64,000 bases of DNA from Nitrospirota bacterium (GTDB taxonomy: Bacteria; JACPQY01), in NCBI GenBank assembly GCA_016190245.1, contig JACPQY010000008.1:45938-109937 (forward strand), given 5' to 3'. The notes beneath the pieces are model-generated. The model made no database searches. It was given only the letters and a program-made list of their open reading frames with translations, and was not told the origin of the DNA. This document shows, piece after piece, positions 53,204 through 63,150 of this stretch. Each line of letters opens with the position of its first letter. Within the stretch, counting starts at the first letter, position 1. The position numbers were made by a program, and so were the translations under genes.

Positions 53204-54709
53204 TCAGCCGCGGCCGAGGGTTTTGACGCTGCGGAGGAAATCGCGCGTCCAGGCCTTCGTGAGGAACGCGAGGGCGACAAACAACAGAAGCGAAGCCAGC
53301 GTGCCGGTGATGTTCAGAGAGATTTCCTTCTGACCGAGCGAGAACCAGAGCCCCGCAACCAGGGGGGCCCCCGCCAGCAGGATCTTCCCGATGCCGGCCG
53401 GCTCCAGGAGCCGGAGCGCGGAGACCTCGATCGCGCGCGCCACGAGGACCAGAGTCAAGACCGCCATCACTCCATAGGAGATCAGGCCTGCCGCTGCGGA
53501 ACCAGTCAACCCCCACAGCGGGATGAGGGCGATGTTGAGCGCCACGTTCACGAGCGAACCCACACCTATCGGAATTGAAGCGCCGAAGGGCCGGTTCGTC
53601 GCCAGCAGGATGTTCCCCGTGAGTTGCGCCACGCTGTGCAGGAGACATCCTGCGAGCAGAATTCGCAGGGCCGGCGTCGCCTGGCGGAAATCCTCGCCGA
53701 ACCATCCCATGATCATGTCGGCCGCCCCGATCCCGGCGAGCATGATGGGCCAGCCGAGGAGGACGAGATAGCGGTGGGTGGTGCGATACGTCTTGAGCAT
53801 CTGCTCGTTCTCCCCGCGGTGCCACAATCCAGAAAGAGAGGAGAAAAGCATCTGCGCGGGGAGGCGCGTGATCATGTCGAACACCTTGAAGACCGAGTAG
53901 GCGCTGGCGTAGTAGCCGAGCTGTTCGACGGTGAGGAAGAGAGGGATGATGAGGCGGTCCGCGTACTCGATCACGATTTCCGAGAGCTGCTGTGGCAGGG
54001 CGCGGGCGTTGTAGCCGATCACGGCGCGCGAGGAAGGACCCGGCCCGGGCGGCTCCGCCGTCCGCCGCCGGTATTCCCTGAGAACGAAAAGTCCACCGGC
54101 GAGGAACGCGCAGAGCGGAAAGAAGACCTTGTAGAGGGAAGCCGACTGGGCCGAGCGCCCGAACAGAGAGGGAAGGAGAAGCACGAATCCCAATGTGAGA
54201 TATTGCGCCACCGTCTCGGCGCGGAAAAAGAACTTCATCCGCTGAGTCGCGCGGAACCGGCATTGCGCGAACTGCCAACTGTGTTCCAGGAAGGCGGCGG
54301 CGAAGACGAGAGGGATCAGCGCCGTCCACAGGCCCCCCTGGCCATAGGCCCGGTCGAGAACAACTGCCGAGATCGGGATCACGACGGCCGCGGAGAGAGT
54401 CATCATCCAGATCGAGGTTCGATAGGTCTTCCAGAAGAGCGACCAGCCACGGGAGCTGTCCGGAGAGTGCGCGGTGAGTGCGTGCGCGAGGCCGGCCCCC
54501 CCGGTCAGCCGGGAGACGTAGGCGAGGAGGCCTGAGAAGAAGAGGAGGAGCGCCACCTGCCCCACGACCTCGGCGCCGAAGAGCCGGGCCAGCGCGATGT
54601 TGATTCCAACGACGGCGGGGAAGGGCACGATGCGCGCCAGCGTGTTGTAAACGACGGCGGAGACGAGCTGCCGGGACACAGCGGTGGGCGGCTGCACGTT
54701 CGAACTCAA
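53204..54709 (-). CDS. Polysaccharide biosynthesis protein / oligosaccharide flippase (Wzx-like, MOP superfamily)
   Basis: It has about 12-14 TM helices. I chose a TTG start at 54709, which is preceded by GAGGAG-N5 and overlaps the upstream GT4 stop as TTGA. The ORF-track start is 54799. Confidence 0.7.
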   Translation of the reverse strand: MSSNVQPPTAVSRQLVSAVVYNTLARIVPFPAVVGINIALARLFGAEVVGQVALLLFFSGLLAYVSRLTGGAGLAHALTAHSPDSSRGWSLFWKTYRTSIWMMTLSAAVVIPISAVVLDRAYGQGGLWTALIPLVFAAAFLEHSWQFAQCRFRATQRMKFFFRAETVAQYLTLGFVLLLPSLFGRSAQSASLYKVFFPLCAFLAGGLFVLREYRRRTAEPPGPGPSSRAVIGYNARALPQQLSEIVIEYADRLIIPLFLTVEQLGYYASAYSVFKVFDMITRLPAQMLFSSLSGLWHRGENEQMLKTYRTTHRYLVLLGWPIMLAGIGAADMIMGWFGEDFRQATPALRILLAGCLLHSVAQLTGNILLATNRPFGASIPIGVGSLVNVALNIALIPLWGLTGSAAAGLISYGVMAVLTLVLVARAIEVSALRLLEPAGIGKILLAGAPLVAGLWFSLGQKEISLNITGTLASLLLFVALAFLTKAWTRDFLRSVKTLGRG

Positions 54710-55833
54710 CGAATCTCCTCGTAGACGGCCAGTGTTTCGCGTGCGAACCGGTCGAGGGGGAACCGGCTGAGCGCGCGCTGTCGGCCGGCTCGGCCCCATC
54801 GGCGCGCCTCGTCCCGGTTCGACAGGATCCGGATGATCGCCGAAGCAAGGTGCTCGGGATGGTCGTGGGGCACGACGATGCCGCTCTTCTCGTGTTCGAC
54901 CACTTCAGGAAGACCGCCCGTATCGGAGACGACGACCGGAACTCCCTCCACCATCGCCTCGGCCACGGAGAGGCCGAACCCTTCGATGAATGCTCCGGAG
55001 GGGAGGCTGAATTGGACGAGGACGTCCGCGATGGCGTGGAACGAGCGCGCATCGACGGCATCGCCGCAGAAGCGGACCGCATCGTCCACCCCTTTCGCCC
55101 GGGCTTCCCACCTGAGCTCCTCCAGCGCATCCCCGGACCCCACCATCACGTACACCGCATCGGGCACGCGGCGCAGAACGTCCGGAAGGGCGTGGAGGAC
55201 CTCCGCCTGTCCTTTCCTCGGGTGCAGATGCGCGATGGTGAGGATGATCTTCTTCCCGAAGAGATCGAAGCGGGATCGGAGGTCGGACAGGTCTTCCGGG
55301 GGATGGTAATGGGGCGACGTATCAACGCCGTTGTAGATAACCGCCAGTTTGTCTTGAGGAAGGCCCCGATCTTCTGCCAGCGAGCGCGTGAACCGACTCA
55401 CGCAGATGATCCGGTTGGTCGCCAAGTAGGACGGCCGGAAGATCCGATCTCGCAGGTGACGACGACCCGCCACACACAGGTTCCGCCGGATCTCCGTCCC
55501 GTGAACGGTCATGATCTTCGGGATCCCCCCGCACTCCACCCGGCCGAGGGCCAGATGAGCCATCGAGCTTGTGGCGTGCACGACATCGGGCCGGACTCGG
55601 TCTACCGCTTCTTCAAGCGCCCCGCACCCTCTGAGATAGCGCCGGAGGTTCGAGCCCGTCGCGTCGAAGCGGTACAGGTGCAAGCCCGGCAGTCCGGGAT
55701 CCGATGGCGAGCCCGGGCATACCCCATGTACCTCGTGTCCCTGGCGGGCAAACTCGGCACCGAGGCTTGTCGTATACGTCGCGATGCCTCCAAGCTTTGG
55801 CGGGAAATCGTAGGAGAAGAGAAGGATTTTCAT
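54706..55833 (-). CDS. Glycosyltransferase family 4
   Basis: The N-terminal MKILLFSYDFPPKLGGIATYT and the C-terminal EGFGLSVAEAMVEGVPVVVSDTGGLPEVV motifs are conserved. Confidence 0.8.
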   Translation of the reverse strand: MKILLFSYDFPPKLGGIATYTTSLGAEFARQGHEVHGVCPGSPSDPGLPGLHLYRFDATGSNLRRYLRGCGALEEAVDRVRPDVVHATSSMAHLALGRVECGGIPKIMTVHGTEIRRNLCVAGRRHLRDRIFRPSYLATNRIICVSRFTRSLAEDRGLPQDKLAVIYNGVDTSPHYHPPEDLSDLRSRFDLFGKKIILTIAHLHPRKGQAEVLHALPDVLRRVPDAVYVMVGSGDALEELRWEARAKGVDDAVRFCGDAVDARSFHAIADVLVQFSLPSGAFIEGFGLSVAEAMVEGVPVVVSDTGGLPEVVEHEKSGIVVPHDHPEHLASAIIRILSNRDEARRWGRAGRQRALSRFPLDRFARETLAVYEEIR

Positions 55834-55879
55834 CGAAGGCGTTCACCCCCACCCTGGTTCTCGGAACTCCTCACCCTGG

Positions 55880-55903
55880 CCCTCTCCTCGTTGAGGAGAG
55901 GGG
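55880..55903. other. Perfect 10-bp stem / 4-nt loop hairpin (CCCTCTCCTC gttg GAGGAGAGGG) in the GT4-flippase intergenic region, followed by a G-rich tract (55990-56040)
   Basis: I read it directly from the sequence. Confidence 0.4.
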
Positions 55904-56044
55904 AACTCCCTCTCCCTAACACGTGGACAAGGAGTCCAGGTGCCACGAAAGGAAAGCAGTCCGCCGCGGCGGAGACGGCCTGCGAATAGCGTGGCAGGGA
56001 GAGGGGTGGGGTGAGGGTTGGCGCGGATGGGGGGGGCTGAGCGG

Positions 56045-57514
56045 CTAGCATTCGGGCCTCAGCAGTTTCTTTCGCCACAGCCATCCGGCGTAGGCGGCCA
56101 CGAACAGGGTGGAGAGGCCGAGCACCTCGGCCGGGCCGGTGCCGGGGAGAAGCGCGGCGGCTCCCCAGGTGCCTGCCCCGAGCGCGAGGCCGGCGGCGAG
56201 AACCCGCGCCTGTCGCCGACTGAACCCGTGCACGCCGATTCGCCGCCAGGTCATCCAGGCCTGGGGCACTTTGGATAGAGCGTTCCCCCCCCCCGCAAGG
56301 GCCCCCGCCGCCCAAGTCCCCGCCACTGGGATGCACAACGGGCCGAGCGCCGCCACCATGGCGATGGGAATGCTATTGAACAGCGTGTAGGCGAAGGGGC
56401 GTCCGGTCGCGGCGAGGACCTCACCCGTCGGACCCGCCGCGAGATTCAGGAAGCTGCCGGCGGACAGGAGGACCAGCGCGGTGTAGCCTACTTTTCCGTC
56501 CATCCCGAACAGCTCGATCAACCACGCGCCGAAAATGACATAGAGGACAAGTGCCGGCAGCGCCCCAGCGGTGCCCCAGAGCGTGGAGAGACGGGTCGAA
56601 CGGCGCAGGCGATCCAAGTCGCCCGACGAGGATGCTTCGGCCATCAGCGGCGTGACGATGGGCGTGAAAGCGGCGCGGATCTTGGCCAGCAAGTAGGCCA
56701 ACTCCGTCGCGAGATTGTAGGCGGCCACCTGCGCAACAGGGAGATAACGGCCCACCAGGAAAATGTCAACACGCCTCGCCAGGAGCGCGGAGACATTTAC
56801 CCCCCCGAGGGCCACGGCGAAGCGGAGGGTTTCCCCGTCGAGGCAGCCCCCCCCCCGGAGGGAAAGCGTGCGGAGGCTGAAGTGTCGCGCGAAAAACGCG
56901 AGGCCGACCAGGAGAACGACGGCCTCGGCCGCGAGGTGCGCGGCGTAAGGACCGGCCGAGGCCCAGGGGGCCGAGCCGGCGAGCCCCAGTACGGCCAGTG
57001 AGACGATCAGCATGACGACCGGTTCGAGAAACTCAATCCCGATCACGAAGTAGGCCATGATCTTCAGCCCGCGCGTGGCGGCGTAGAGCATCCGGGCCGT
57101 CACGGCCGGCGGCAGGATCACCGCCATCCAGCGCAGCCCCGCGGCGACCTCCGGCTTGCGGAAAAACGAATCCGCGATGAAGGGCGCGGAAACGAACAGC
57201 GCCGCGCCCAGCACGAGGCTCGCGATCAGCGGAAGACCGAGGGCCGTCCTCAGGCAGGCCCTTTCCTGCTCCGGATCCCTTCCGCGGTACCGCGGGATGA
57301 AGTTCCACAGGGCATTGTCGAATCCCGCAAGGCATACGAAAAGAAGGAAATCGAAAACGGCGAAGCTGAGGGTGTAGTGGGCATACACCGTCGTGCCGTA
57401 GAGAGAGGCCACCACCCAGAGGAATCCCACGCGCGTGCACCGGAGGAGGATGCCGAAGAGATTGGTGGCCGACCCCTGCGCCAGGATGCGGGCGTCGGCC
57501 GCGGGGGGGCTCAC
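56045..57514 (-). CDS. Polytopic membrane protein, MOP-type flippase / polysaccharide biosynthesis protein (second copy)
   Basis: It is 489 aa with about 12 TM helices. It lies in the polysaccharide locus and overlaps the next GT4 gene by 4 nt. Confidence 0.55.
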   Translation of the reverse strand: MSPPAADARILAQGSATNLFGILLRCTRVGFLWVVASLYGTTVYAHYTLSFAVFDFLLFVCLAGFDNALWNFIPRYRGRDPEQERACLRTALGLPLIASLVLGAALFVSAPFIADSFFRKPEVAAGLRWMAVILPPAVTARMLYAATRGLKIMAYFVIGIEFLEPVVMLIVSLAVLGLAGSAPWASAGPYAAHLAAEAVVLLVGLAFFARHFSLRTLSLRGGGCLDGETLRFAVALGGVNVSALLARRVDIFLVGRYLPVAQVAAYNLATELAYLLAKIRAAFTPIVTPLMAEASSSGDLDRLRRSTRLSTLWGTAGALPALVLYVIFGAWLIELFGMDGKVGYTALVLLSAGSFLNLAAGPTGEVLAATGRPFAYTLFNSIPIAMVAALGPLCIPVAGTWAAGALAGGGNALSKVPQAWMTWRRIGVHGFSRRQARVLAAGLALGAGTWGAAALLPGTGPAEVLGLSTLFVAAYAGWLWRKKLLRPEC

Positions 57515-58680
57515 GCGGCCGGGGCGGATTCGAGTACGTCGAGAACGACCCGCTCCACCTGACGCGCGATGGTGGGCGCCGCGAAGCGCCGTCGCACCGT
57601 TTCCCGCCCCGCCCGGGCGAGGCGTTGGCGCAGGGTGGGGTCATCGAGCAGTGCGCACACGGCCTCGGCGATCTTCTCGGGGTTCGCCGGGGGGACGAGG
57701 AGCCCGTTCTCACCGTCGGTCACGATTTCCGGGATTCCTCCCACGCGCGTGGCCACCACCGGCACCCCCGCGGCCATGGCCTCGATCAGCACCCGCCCGA
57801 AGGGCTCCTGTTCCGAGGGCACGACCGCCACGGCGGTTCTACTGAGGTAGGGCCCGATGTCCGGTACCGCGCCGATGAACCTCACGGCAGGTCCGAGACT
57901 GAGTTCGGCTGCGCGATGCTGAAGGCGGCGGCGGTAATCGCCGGGGTCTCCCACCGGTGCGTCGCCCACGATGAACACCCGTGCCTCGGGGTGACGGCGC
58001 AGGATGTGCGGCGCCGCCTCCACCAGATGGAGCGCGCCCTTGCGCGGGATCAGGTTGCCGAAGTATGCGACCGCGGGTGCCTCCTTGGAGAACCCGTGTG
58101 AGATTCGCAGTCCACCTCCTCGCCGGCCAGTCCGTTCCGCGGGCAGGTCCACGCCGTTGTAAATCACGAGGGTTTTGCCGGGAACGACCCGCGAGTAGGG
58201 TTCGGCGGATGCCTCGGAGTTGCACACGACGCAGCGGACCCACGGGGACCGGGCGAGGCCGGGATAGAAGGCCGCACCCAGGGGCGAGTCGTGAATATTG
58301 CGGCAGTGGAAGACGACGGGACGGCCTGCGATCGCGCCGGCGACCCAGCCGATCGGTTTCGTGAGCATGTTGTTGCAGTAGATGAGATCGATGCCCTCGG
58401 CGCGGGCGAGCCGGGCGGCCCCGATGGCGGCGCGGCCCAGCCCCGCGAGGCGCGCGGGTGCAGCGGAGTCCGCCGGGAGCCGTTCAGGCATGCCCGGCAG
58501 AATCACGTAACGAATCCCGAGTTTCTCGAAGGAGTCGGCGAAGATGCCGGGGGTCGGAACGCCGACGACGGCTTCGAAGCGCCACCCGTCCAAGTGTTCC
58601 AGCAGCCGCAGGAGACTCCAGCCTGCCCCTCCCCCGCGAACGCAGGTGGAGAGGAAGAGGATGCGATGACGCCTGGCCAT
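57511..58680 (-). CDS. Glycosyltransferase family 4
   Basis: The EQEPFGRVLIEAMAAGVPVVATRVGGIPEIV motif is conserved. Confidence 0.8.
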   Translation of the reverse strand: MARRHRILFLSTCVRGGGAGWSLLRLLEHLDGWRFEAVVGVPTPGIFADSFEKLGIRYVILPGMPERLPADSAAPARLAGLGRAAIGAARLARAEGIDLIYCNNMLTKPIGWVAGAIAGRPVVFHCRNIHDSPLGAAFYPGLARSPWVRCVVCNSEASAEPYSRVVPGKTLVIYNGVDLPAERTGRRGGGLRISHGFSKEAPAVAYFGNLIPRKGALHLVEAAPHILRRHPEARVFIVGDAPVGDPGDYRRRLQHRAAELSLGPAVRFIGAVPDIGPYLSRTAVAVVPSEQEPFGRVLIEAMAAGVPVVATRVGGIPEIVTDGENGLLVPPANPEKIAEAVCALLDDPTLRQRLARAGRETVRRRFAAPTIARQVERVVLDVLESAPAA

Positions 58681-58739
58681 CAGCTCGTCCCTTCAGCCTC
58701 GGAGCGTACCGCTGACCGCTGAATGCCGATATATGACGG

Positions 58740-59261
58740 CTATTTCTTCAGGTTCGCGATGCGGTGCAGCTCGTCGTAGGTGTAGCTGGTCAGCTCCCGA
58801 TCCGTGAGCCGGAACTGCTTGACGAGGCTCTCGACGCGGCGCCGCGAGTCGTGCACGGAGTTGTCGGCGTCCACCTTTGCTTCGATCTTGACGAACTTGC
58901 CCACGCCGCGCACGTCGTCCAGGTACACGTGGAGGCCGTCCACCGTGTAGCGCGTGCGCCGCTTCTGGACCTCCACCCCCTGGCCGAAGTTGGCCTGGAG
59001 GAACCGGCCCATCCTGCCCTTCTCCTTCAGCTTGAGTTGCTCGCAAACGCACAGCTTGGGCCCCTTCACCCCGTCTTTGAAATAGTACAGGAGAACCGAC
59101 GTGCCGCTGTCCTCCGTCTTCAGCTTGTACTTTCCGCGCTTGACCTTGAAGTAGGTGTCCGACTCTTCCCACTCGCCGGCGCGGCGGGCACCCATGTCGC
59201 GCAGGGTCGTCTGAAGAGGCGTGAAATCGTCGATGCGCGCCTTGACTTCGATCGTTCGCAC
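58740..59261 (-). CDS. CYTH-domain protein (class IV adenylate cyclase / triphosphatase family)
   Basis: The N-terminal IEVKARI (the ExExK-like motif of CYTH) and the overall CyaB-like pattern are conserved. Confidence 0.65.
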   Translation of the reverse strand: MRTIEVKARIDDFTPLQTTLRDMGARRAGEWEESDTYFKVKRGKYKLKTEDSGTSVLLYYFKDGVKGPKLCVCEQLKLKEKGRMGRFLQANFGQGVEVQKRRTRYTVDGLHVYLDDVRGVGKFVKIEAKVDADNSVHDSRRRVESLVKQFRLTDRELTSYTYDELHRIANLKK

Positions 59262-59319
59262 GGTTTTCCCCTACCGGGCCGTTATGTACCAGACATGGAC
59301 GCCATAAAGCAAGCGACCT

Positions 59320-60720
59320 CTACAGCGCCTGCACGACTTGCTCCATCACCTTCTGGAGGTGGCGGGGGGTGGAGCACTCGGCGGCGATCTGGCAGTAGTG
59401 GCCGTAAAGGTGCATGAGGCTGTCCCCGGTGCCCCAGATGAGCGGGTTCTCCGGGTTCAGCCAGACCAGGATGCGCGAGCGTCGGCGGATCTCGTGCAGC
59501 ACCCAGTCCTGCGCGGGCCCGTAGTTATTGCGCCCGTCGCCGAGGAGGAGCACGGCCGTGGAGGGTCGGATGTGCTGCATGTAGTCACGATGAAACGTGG
59601 CGAGGGCGTGACCGTAATCCGTGTACATGTGGGGATTGATGACCTTGCCTCCGAGCGCGAGGTTCACAGCGTCGTTCAGATCGTGCGTCTTGAAAAGGTC
59701 CGTGCTCTCGCCCAGCTCTCCCGCGAAGAGGAAGCTGTGGACGCGCCTGAAGGCCCTCTGGAGTTGGTGCACGAACATGAGCATGAAACGCGCCGCGTGG
59801 CGGACCGAGCTCGAGACATCGCAGATCACCACCAACTCCGGCTGATTGTAGCGCTTGCTCCGCATGAAGAGCTGGATTGGGATGAGGTCGTGGGGGGCGT
59901 TGACCCGCATGATCCGCCGCAGGTCGGGCACGCCCGTCCGGGCGCGGTATTTCTTCCGGGATAGGACATCCGCGAAGTACTGGCCGAGCTGTCGCAGGAT
60001 CTCGCGCACCTCGCGCGTCTCCGCCTCGGAGATATTGAAGAACGGCCGGTCCCACAGATAATGCTCGCCCGTCTTTCGTTCGGCGCGGGCAGTGGGCTCC
60101 GTCTTGAACGCCCCTTCAAGCTTCTGGGCCATCTCGAGGAGCAGTCGCCGCAGTTCGTCTTGCACCGCTTGGATGGCTTGGGGCGAGAGGCCGGCCTCGC
60201 GCATCGCGTCCTCGATCCGCCGCAGGTCGTCGAAAAGATAGCCTTTCACCTTCATGGGCCGCCGGAAGACGCGGAACAGCGCGCTGTCGGCCATCTCGGT
60301 TTGCGTGGATTGAAGATCCTCGAGCAGTTCGCGCAACTCCTCCAGCTTGCGGGGGTCGGTCGAAAGGAGGTAGCGGCCCATGGGCGAGAGCTGGGTGAGC
60401 AGCTTCTGGAGCAGGCGTTTCACCTTTTCCCGATCCTCGGCCGCGAGATCGAGCTGATCGAGGAAGCCGTCAAGCCCGGGGATGTTCTCGTGCAGTCCGG
60501 ACGGTTTCCCGTATAGGAAGAACAGATTGTAGAGCTTGCGGAAGGCCGGGAGATCGGCCTCGCGTTTGACGAGCGTCGTCTCGAGGGCGGCGCCGACGGC
60601 GACCGGGCTGAGGAGGTCCACCTGCGTGAGCGCCCGCATGGCGTCCATCAGTTCGGAGGCCGAGACCTGCACCCCCTCCTCCCGGAGCTTCTGGATGAAA
60701 TCGAGCAACCGGTCGATCAC
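59320..60720 (-). CDS. VWA-domain protein (CoxE-like)
   Basis: The C-terminal VWA domain carries a MIDAS motif (VVICDVSSSV). Confidence 0.75.
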   Translation of the reverse strand: MIDRLLDFIQKLREEGVQVSASELMDAMRALTQVDLLSPVAVGAALETTLVKREADLPAFRKLYNLFFLYGKPSGLHENIPGLDGFLDQLDLAAEDREKVKRLLQKLLTQLSPMGRYLLSTDPRKLEELRELLEDLQSTQTEMADSALFRVFRRPMKVKGYLFDDLRRIEDAMREAGLSPQAIQAVQDELRRLLLEMAQKLEGAFKTEPTARAERKTGEHYLWDRPFFNISEAETREVREILRQLGQYFADVLSRKKYRARTGVPDLRRIMRVNAPHDLIPIQLFMRSKRYNQPELVVICDVSSSVRHAARFMLMFVHQLQRAFRRVHSFLFAGELGESTDLFKTHDLNDAVNLALGGKVINPHMYTDYGHALATFHRDYMQHIRPSTAVLLLGDGRNNYGPAQDWVLHEIRRRSRILVWLNPENPLIWGTGDSLMHLYGHYCQIAAECSTPRHLQKVMEQVVQAL

Positions 60721-60829
60721 TTGGCGCTCATTCTACTCTGCGGGGAAACCACGTGTCATGGACGCACTTGAGTGGGGGTCTTGCGGAGGTAGGGAACCTG
60801 TGCCATGGTTCGCCCAGAGGGGATTCCAG

Positions 60830-61042
60830 ATGATGTGGGATACGGTGAAGGTGCGCGCCGACGGTTTTCGCGAGGCGGCGCGGCGCGTGGCGGCCGTTCT
60901 GGGCCGGCCGGTGGAGCCGGGCGACTTGGCGGTGAGATCGAGCGGATGCCGCGAGTGCGGGTGCCACACCTTTGCCTACGACGACCTGCCCAAACCGAAG
61001 CCGCTGCCGGAGATCCCGGTCGAGTTGCTGAGGATGGACTGA
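60830..61042 (+). CDS. Small hypothetical Cys-containing protein (possible zinc ribbon, CRECGCH) encoded on the opposite strand in the MoxR-VWA gap
   Basis: The ORF has high GC3 codon bias and a GAGGGG RBS-like sequence 8 nt upstream. Alternative starts are at 60758 and 60833. Confidence 0.25.
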   Translation: MMWDTVKVRADGFREAARRVAAVLGRPVEPGDLAVRSSGCRECGCHTFAYDDLPKPKPLPEIPVELLRMD

Positions 61043-61049
61043 GCTTCTT

Positions 61050-62012
61050 TCAGTTGAGCGTGGTTCGCCCGACCTGACTCCCGGGCGCCGGTGCCGCGGG
61101 GCCCGTCTCGGTGAGGAGTTCCTCGACCCTCATGTGCACCTTGCGAATGTCCTGCTCGTACTTGAGGAGCACATTGAGCGTGTCGCGCACCATCGCCGGC
61201 TCCAGGTCGCGGGCGCTCATCAGCACGAACACCTTGGCCCAATCGAGTGTCTCGCTCACACCCGGCATCTTCTTCAGATCCATCCGGCGGATCCGCTGCA
61301 CCGTCTCCACCAGGCGCCCCGCGAGATGGTCGGGGAGCTCCGGCACCCGCGTTCGCACGATGTTGAGCTCCCGTTCCTTCTCGGGGTACTGGATGAAGAG
61401 GTGAAGGCAGCGGCGGCGGAGCGCGTCGGAGAGGTCGCGCTGGCGGTTGTTCGTGAGGACGACGAGCGGGATGTGCACGGCCTTCACGGTTCCGATCTCG
61501 GGAAGGCTCACCTGCATGTCGCTCAGGATCTCGAGGAGGAAGGCCTCGAACTCCGCCTCGGCCCGGTCGATCTCGTCGATGAGGAGGACGGTCTTCTTCG
61601 GGCTGAGGATGGCCTTGAGCAGGGGGCGGGGTTGGAGGAAGTCCCTCGAAAAAAACAGCTCGTCCTCGCGGGTGAGAAGCTTCACGGCCTCTTTGAGTGT
61701 GGGGGCCTGGTTCAGATGATCGCGCAGGCGGTCGCGAAGGATCTGGGTGTAGAGGAGCTGCTTGGAGTACTCCCACTCGTAGAGCGCCTTGGACTCGTCG
61801 AGCCCTTCGTAGCATTGGAGGCGGACCATCTCGCACCCGAGTACGCCCGCCAGGCACTTGGCGAGCTCGGTCTTCCCCACCCCCGAGGGGCCTTCGACGA
61901 GGAGCGGTTTCTCCATGCGCACGGCCAGGTAGACCGAGGTGGCGATTTTCGAGTCCGCGACGTAGCCCGCTTGGAGGAGGCGCCGCGAAACGTCGTCTAC
62001 GCTGTCAAACAT
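61050..62012 (-). CDS. MoxR-family AAA+ ATPase (CoxD-like)
   Basis: It has Walker A (VEGPSGVGKT), Walker B (LLIDEIDRA), and the MoxR topology. Confidence 0.85.
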   Translation of the reverse strand: MFDSVDDVSRRLLQAGYVADSKIATSVYLAVRMEKPLLVEGPSGVGKTELAKCLAGVLGCEMVRLQCYEGLDESKALYEWEYSKQLLYTQILRDRLRDHLNQAPTLKEAVKLLTREDELFFSRDFLQPRPLLKAILSPKKTVLLIDEIDRAEAEFEAFLLEILSDMQVSLPEIGTVKAVHIPLVVLTNNRQRDLSDALRRRCLHLFIQYPEKERELNIVRTRVPELPDHLAGRLVETVQRIRRMDLKKMPGVSETLDWAKVFVLMSARDLEPAMVRDTLNVLLKYEQDIRKVHMRVEELLTETGPAAPAPGSQVGRTTLN

Positions 62013-62040
62013 GGGGGCCTTCCTTTATCATTACCGGCCG

Positions 62041-62739
62041 ATGGCCGTGCGTCACTTGCTACGCGGCCTGCTCGTGGTCTTGGGATTGGCTTCGCCGGCA
62101 CTGGCCGAGAAACCGGCTGGTGGACCGGCCGCCGACCCAGCCCAGACGGGGCGCATCGTGGACGGAATCGTCGCGAAAGTCAACGGCGAGCCCGTTTTTC
62201 TTCGGGACCTGCGTGTGGAGTACTGGTTGAGGGAAGACTCGGCGGACCGTGCGGCCGAGGGCCAGGCATTGCTGGACGCGGTAGTAGACCGTCGGATTCT
62301 TGTGCATGAGGCCCGCCGCCTCAAGTACGGCCCGGCGGATCCGGATGCCGGCGAGGCTGAGGCGGAACGGCTTCGGCGACGTTTGGCCACCCGATCGCCC
62401 AAGGCCGGCGCCGCCATCGAGCCGTCTGAAGTCCTTGCCTGGGTTCGTGCGGAGATGGCCATCCGCGAACTCATCGATTGGCGGGTGGAAGCGCTCATTT
62501 CCGCGTCCGAATTCGAGATCGAGGAGTACCATGCCGCCCACCGGACCGAGATCGGGGAGAAGCTGACCGCGGAGGCGAGGGAGAAGGTCCGTCGGAATGT
62601 GCGCGCGCTCAAGTTCGATCGCCAGTACCGCGAGTGGTTCAACGGCCTTAAGCGGCGGAGCCGCGTCGAGAAGTACCTTCAGGAAGCGCCATGGGATCGC
62701 TTCGATTTCCGCTCCTTTGTATGGGCCACCGCGCCGTGA
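62041..62739 (+). CDS. SurA N-terminal-domain-like periplasmic chaperone
   Basis: It has a signal peptide (MAVRHLLRGLLVVLGLASPALA). The motifs IVAKVNGEPVFLRDL and ILVHEARR are typical of SurA_N. I chose the start at M11 of the track ORF. Confidence 0.5.
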   Translation: MAVRHLLRGLLVVLGLASPALAEKPAGGPAADPAQTGRIVDGIVAKVNGEPVFLRDLRVEYWLREDSADRAAEGQALLDAVVDRRILVHEARRLKYGPADPDAGEAEAERLRRRLATRSPKAGAAIEPSEVLAWVRAEMAIRELIDWRVEALISASEFEIEEYHAAHRTEIGEKLTAEAREKVRRNVRALKFDRQYREWFNGLKRRSRVEKYLQEAPWDRFDFRSFVWATAP

Positions 62740-62798
62740 CGGCGACGCGAGAAAGTTGACTTTCGTGGAGTTTCGAGGGATAAGAACCGCCGTCGCGC

Positions 62799-63113
62799 AT
62801 GCAAAACGTATCCGACGGCGAATTCGAGCAGGAGGTACTCCAATCCAGCCTTCCCGTGCTCGTGGACTTCTGGGCCGAGTGGTGCGGCCCGTGCAAAGCA
62901 GTGGCCCCGGTGGTGCAAGAGGTGGCCACCGAGTACTCGGGCAAGCTCAAAGTGGTCAAGGTGAACGTGGACGACAACCCCGGCACGCCGTCGAAATACC
63001 AGGTGATGGGCATCCCGACGCTGATGCTCTTCAAGGGCGGCAAGCCGGTCAATCAGATCGTGGGAGCCGTCCCGAAATCGCGTATCGTCCAGCTCCTGCA
63101 GGGCAACCTGTAG
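62799..63113 (+). CDS. trxA: Thioredoxin
   Basis: It has the WCGPC active site ([18 protein letters not shown]) and [12 protein letters not shown]. Confidence 0.9.
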   Translation: MQNVSDGEFEQEVLQSSLPVLVDFWAEWCGPCKAVAPVVQEVATEYSGKLKVVKVNVDDNPGTPSKYQVMGIPTLMLFKGGKPVNQIVGAVPKSRIVQLLQGNL

Positions 63114-63150
63114 ACCGCACGCGAAACCGATCGGCCGTCTGGTGCGGGGC

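Noticed and set aside
62010-62013. Divergent MoxR and SurA-like ORFs both starting at the same CATG
   Set aside because: The SurA-like signal peptide begins 10 codons downstream (62041). The shared site is therefore an ORF-caller artefact, not a real head-to-head overlap.
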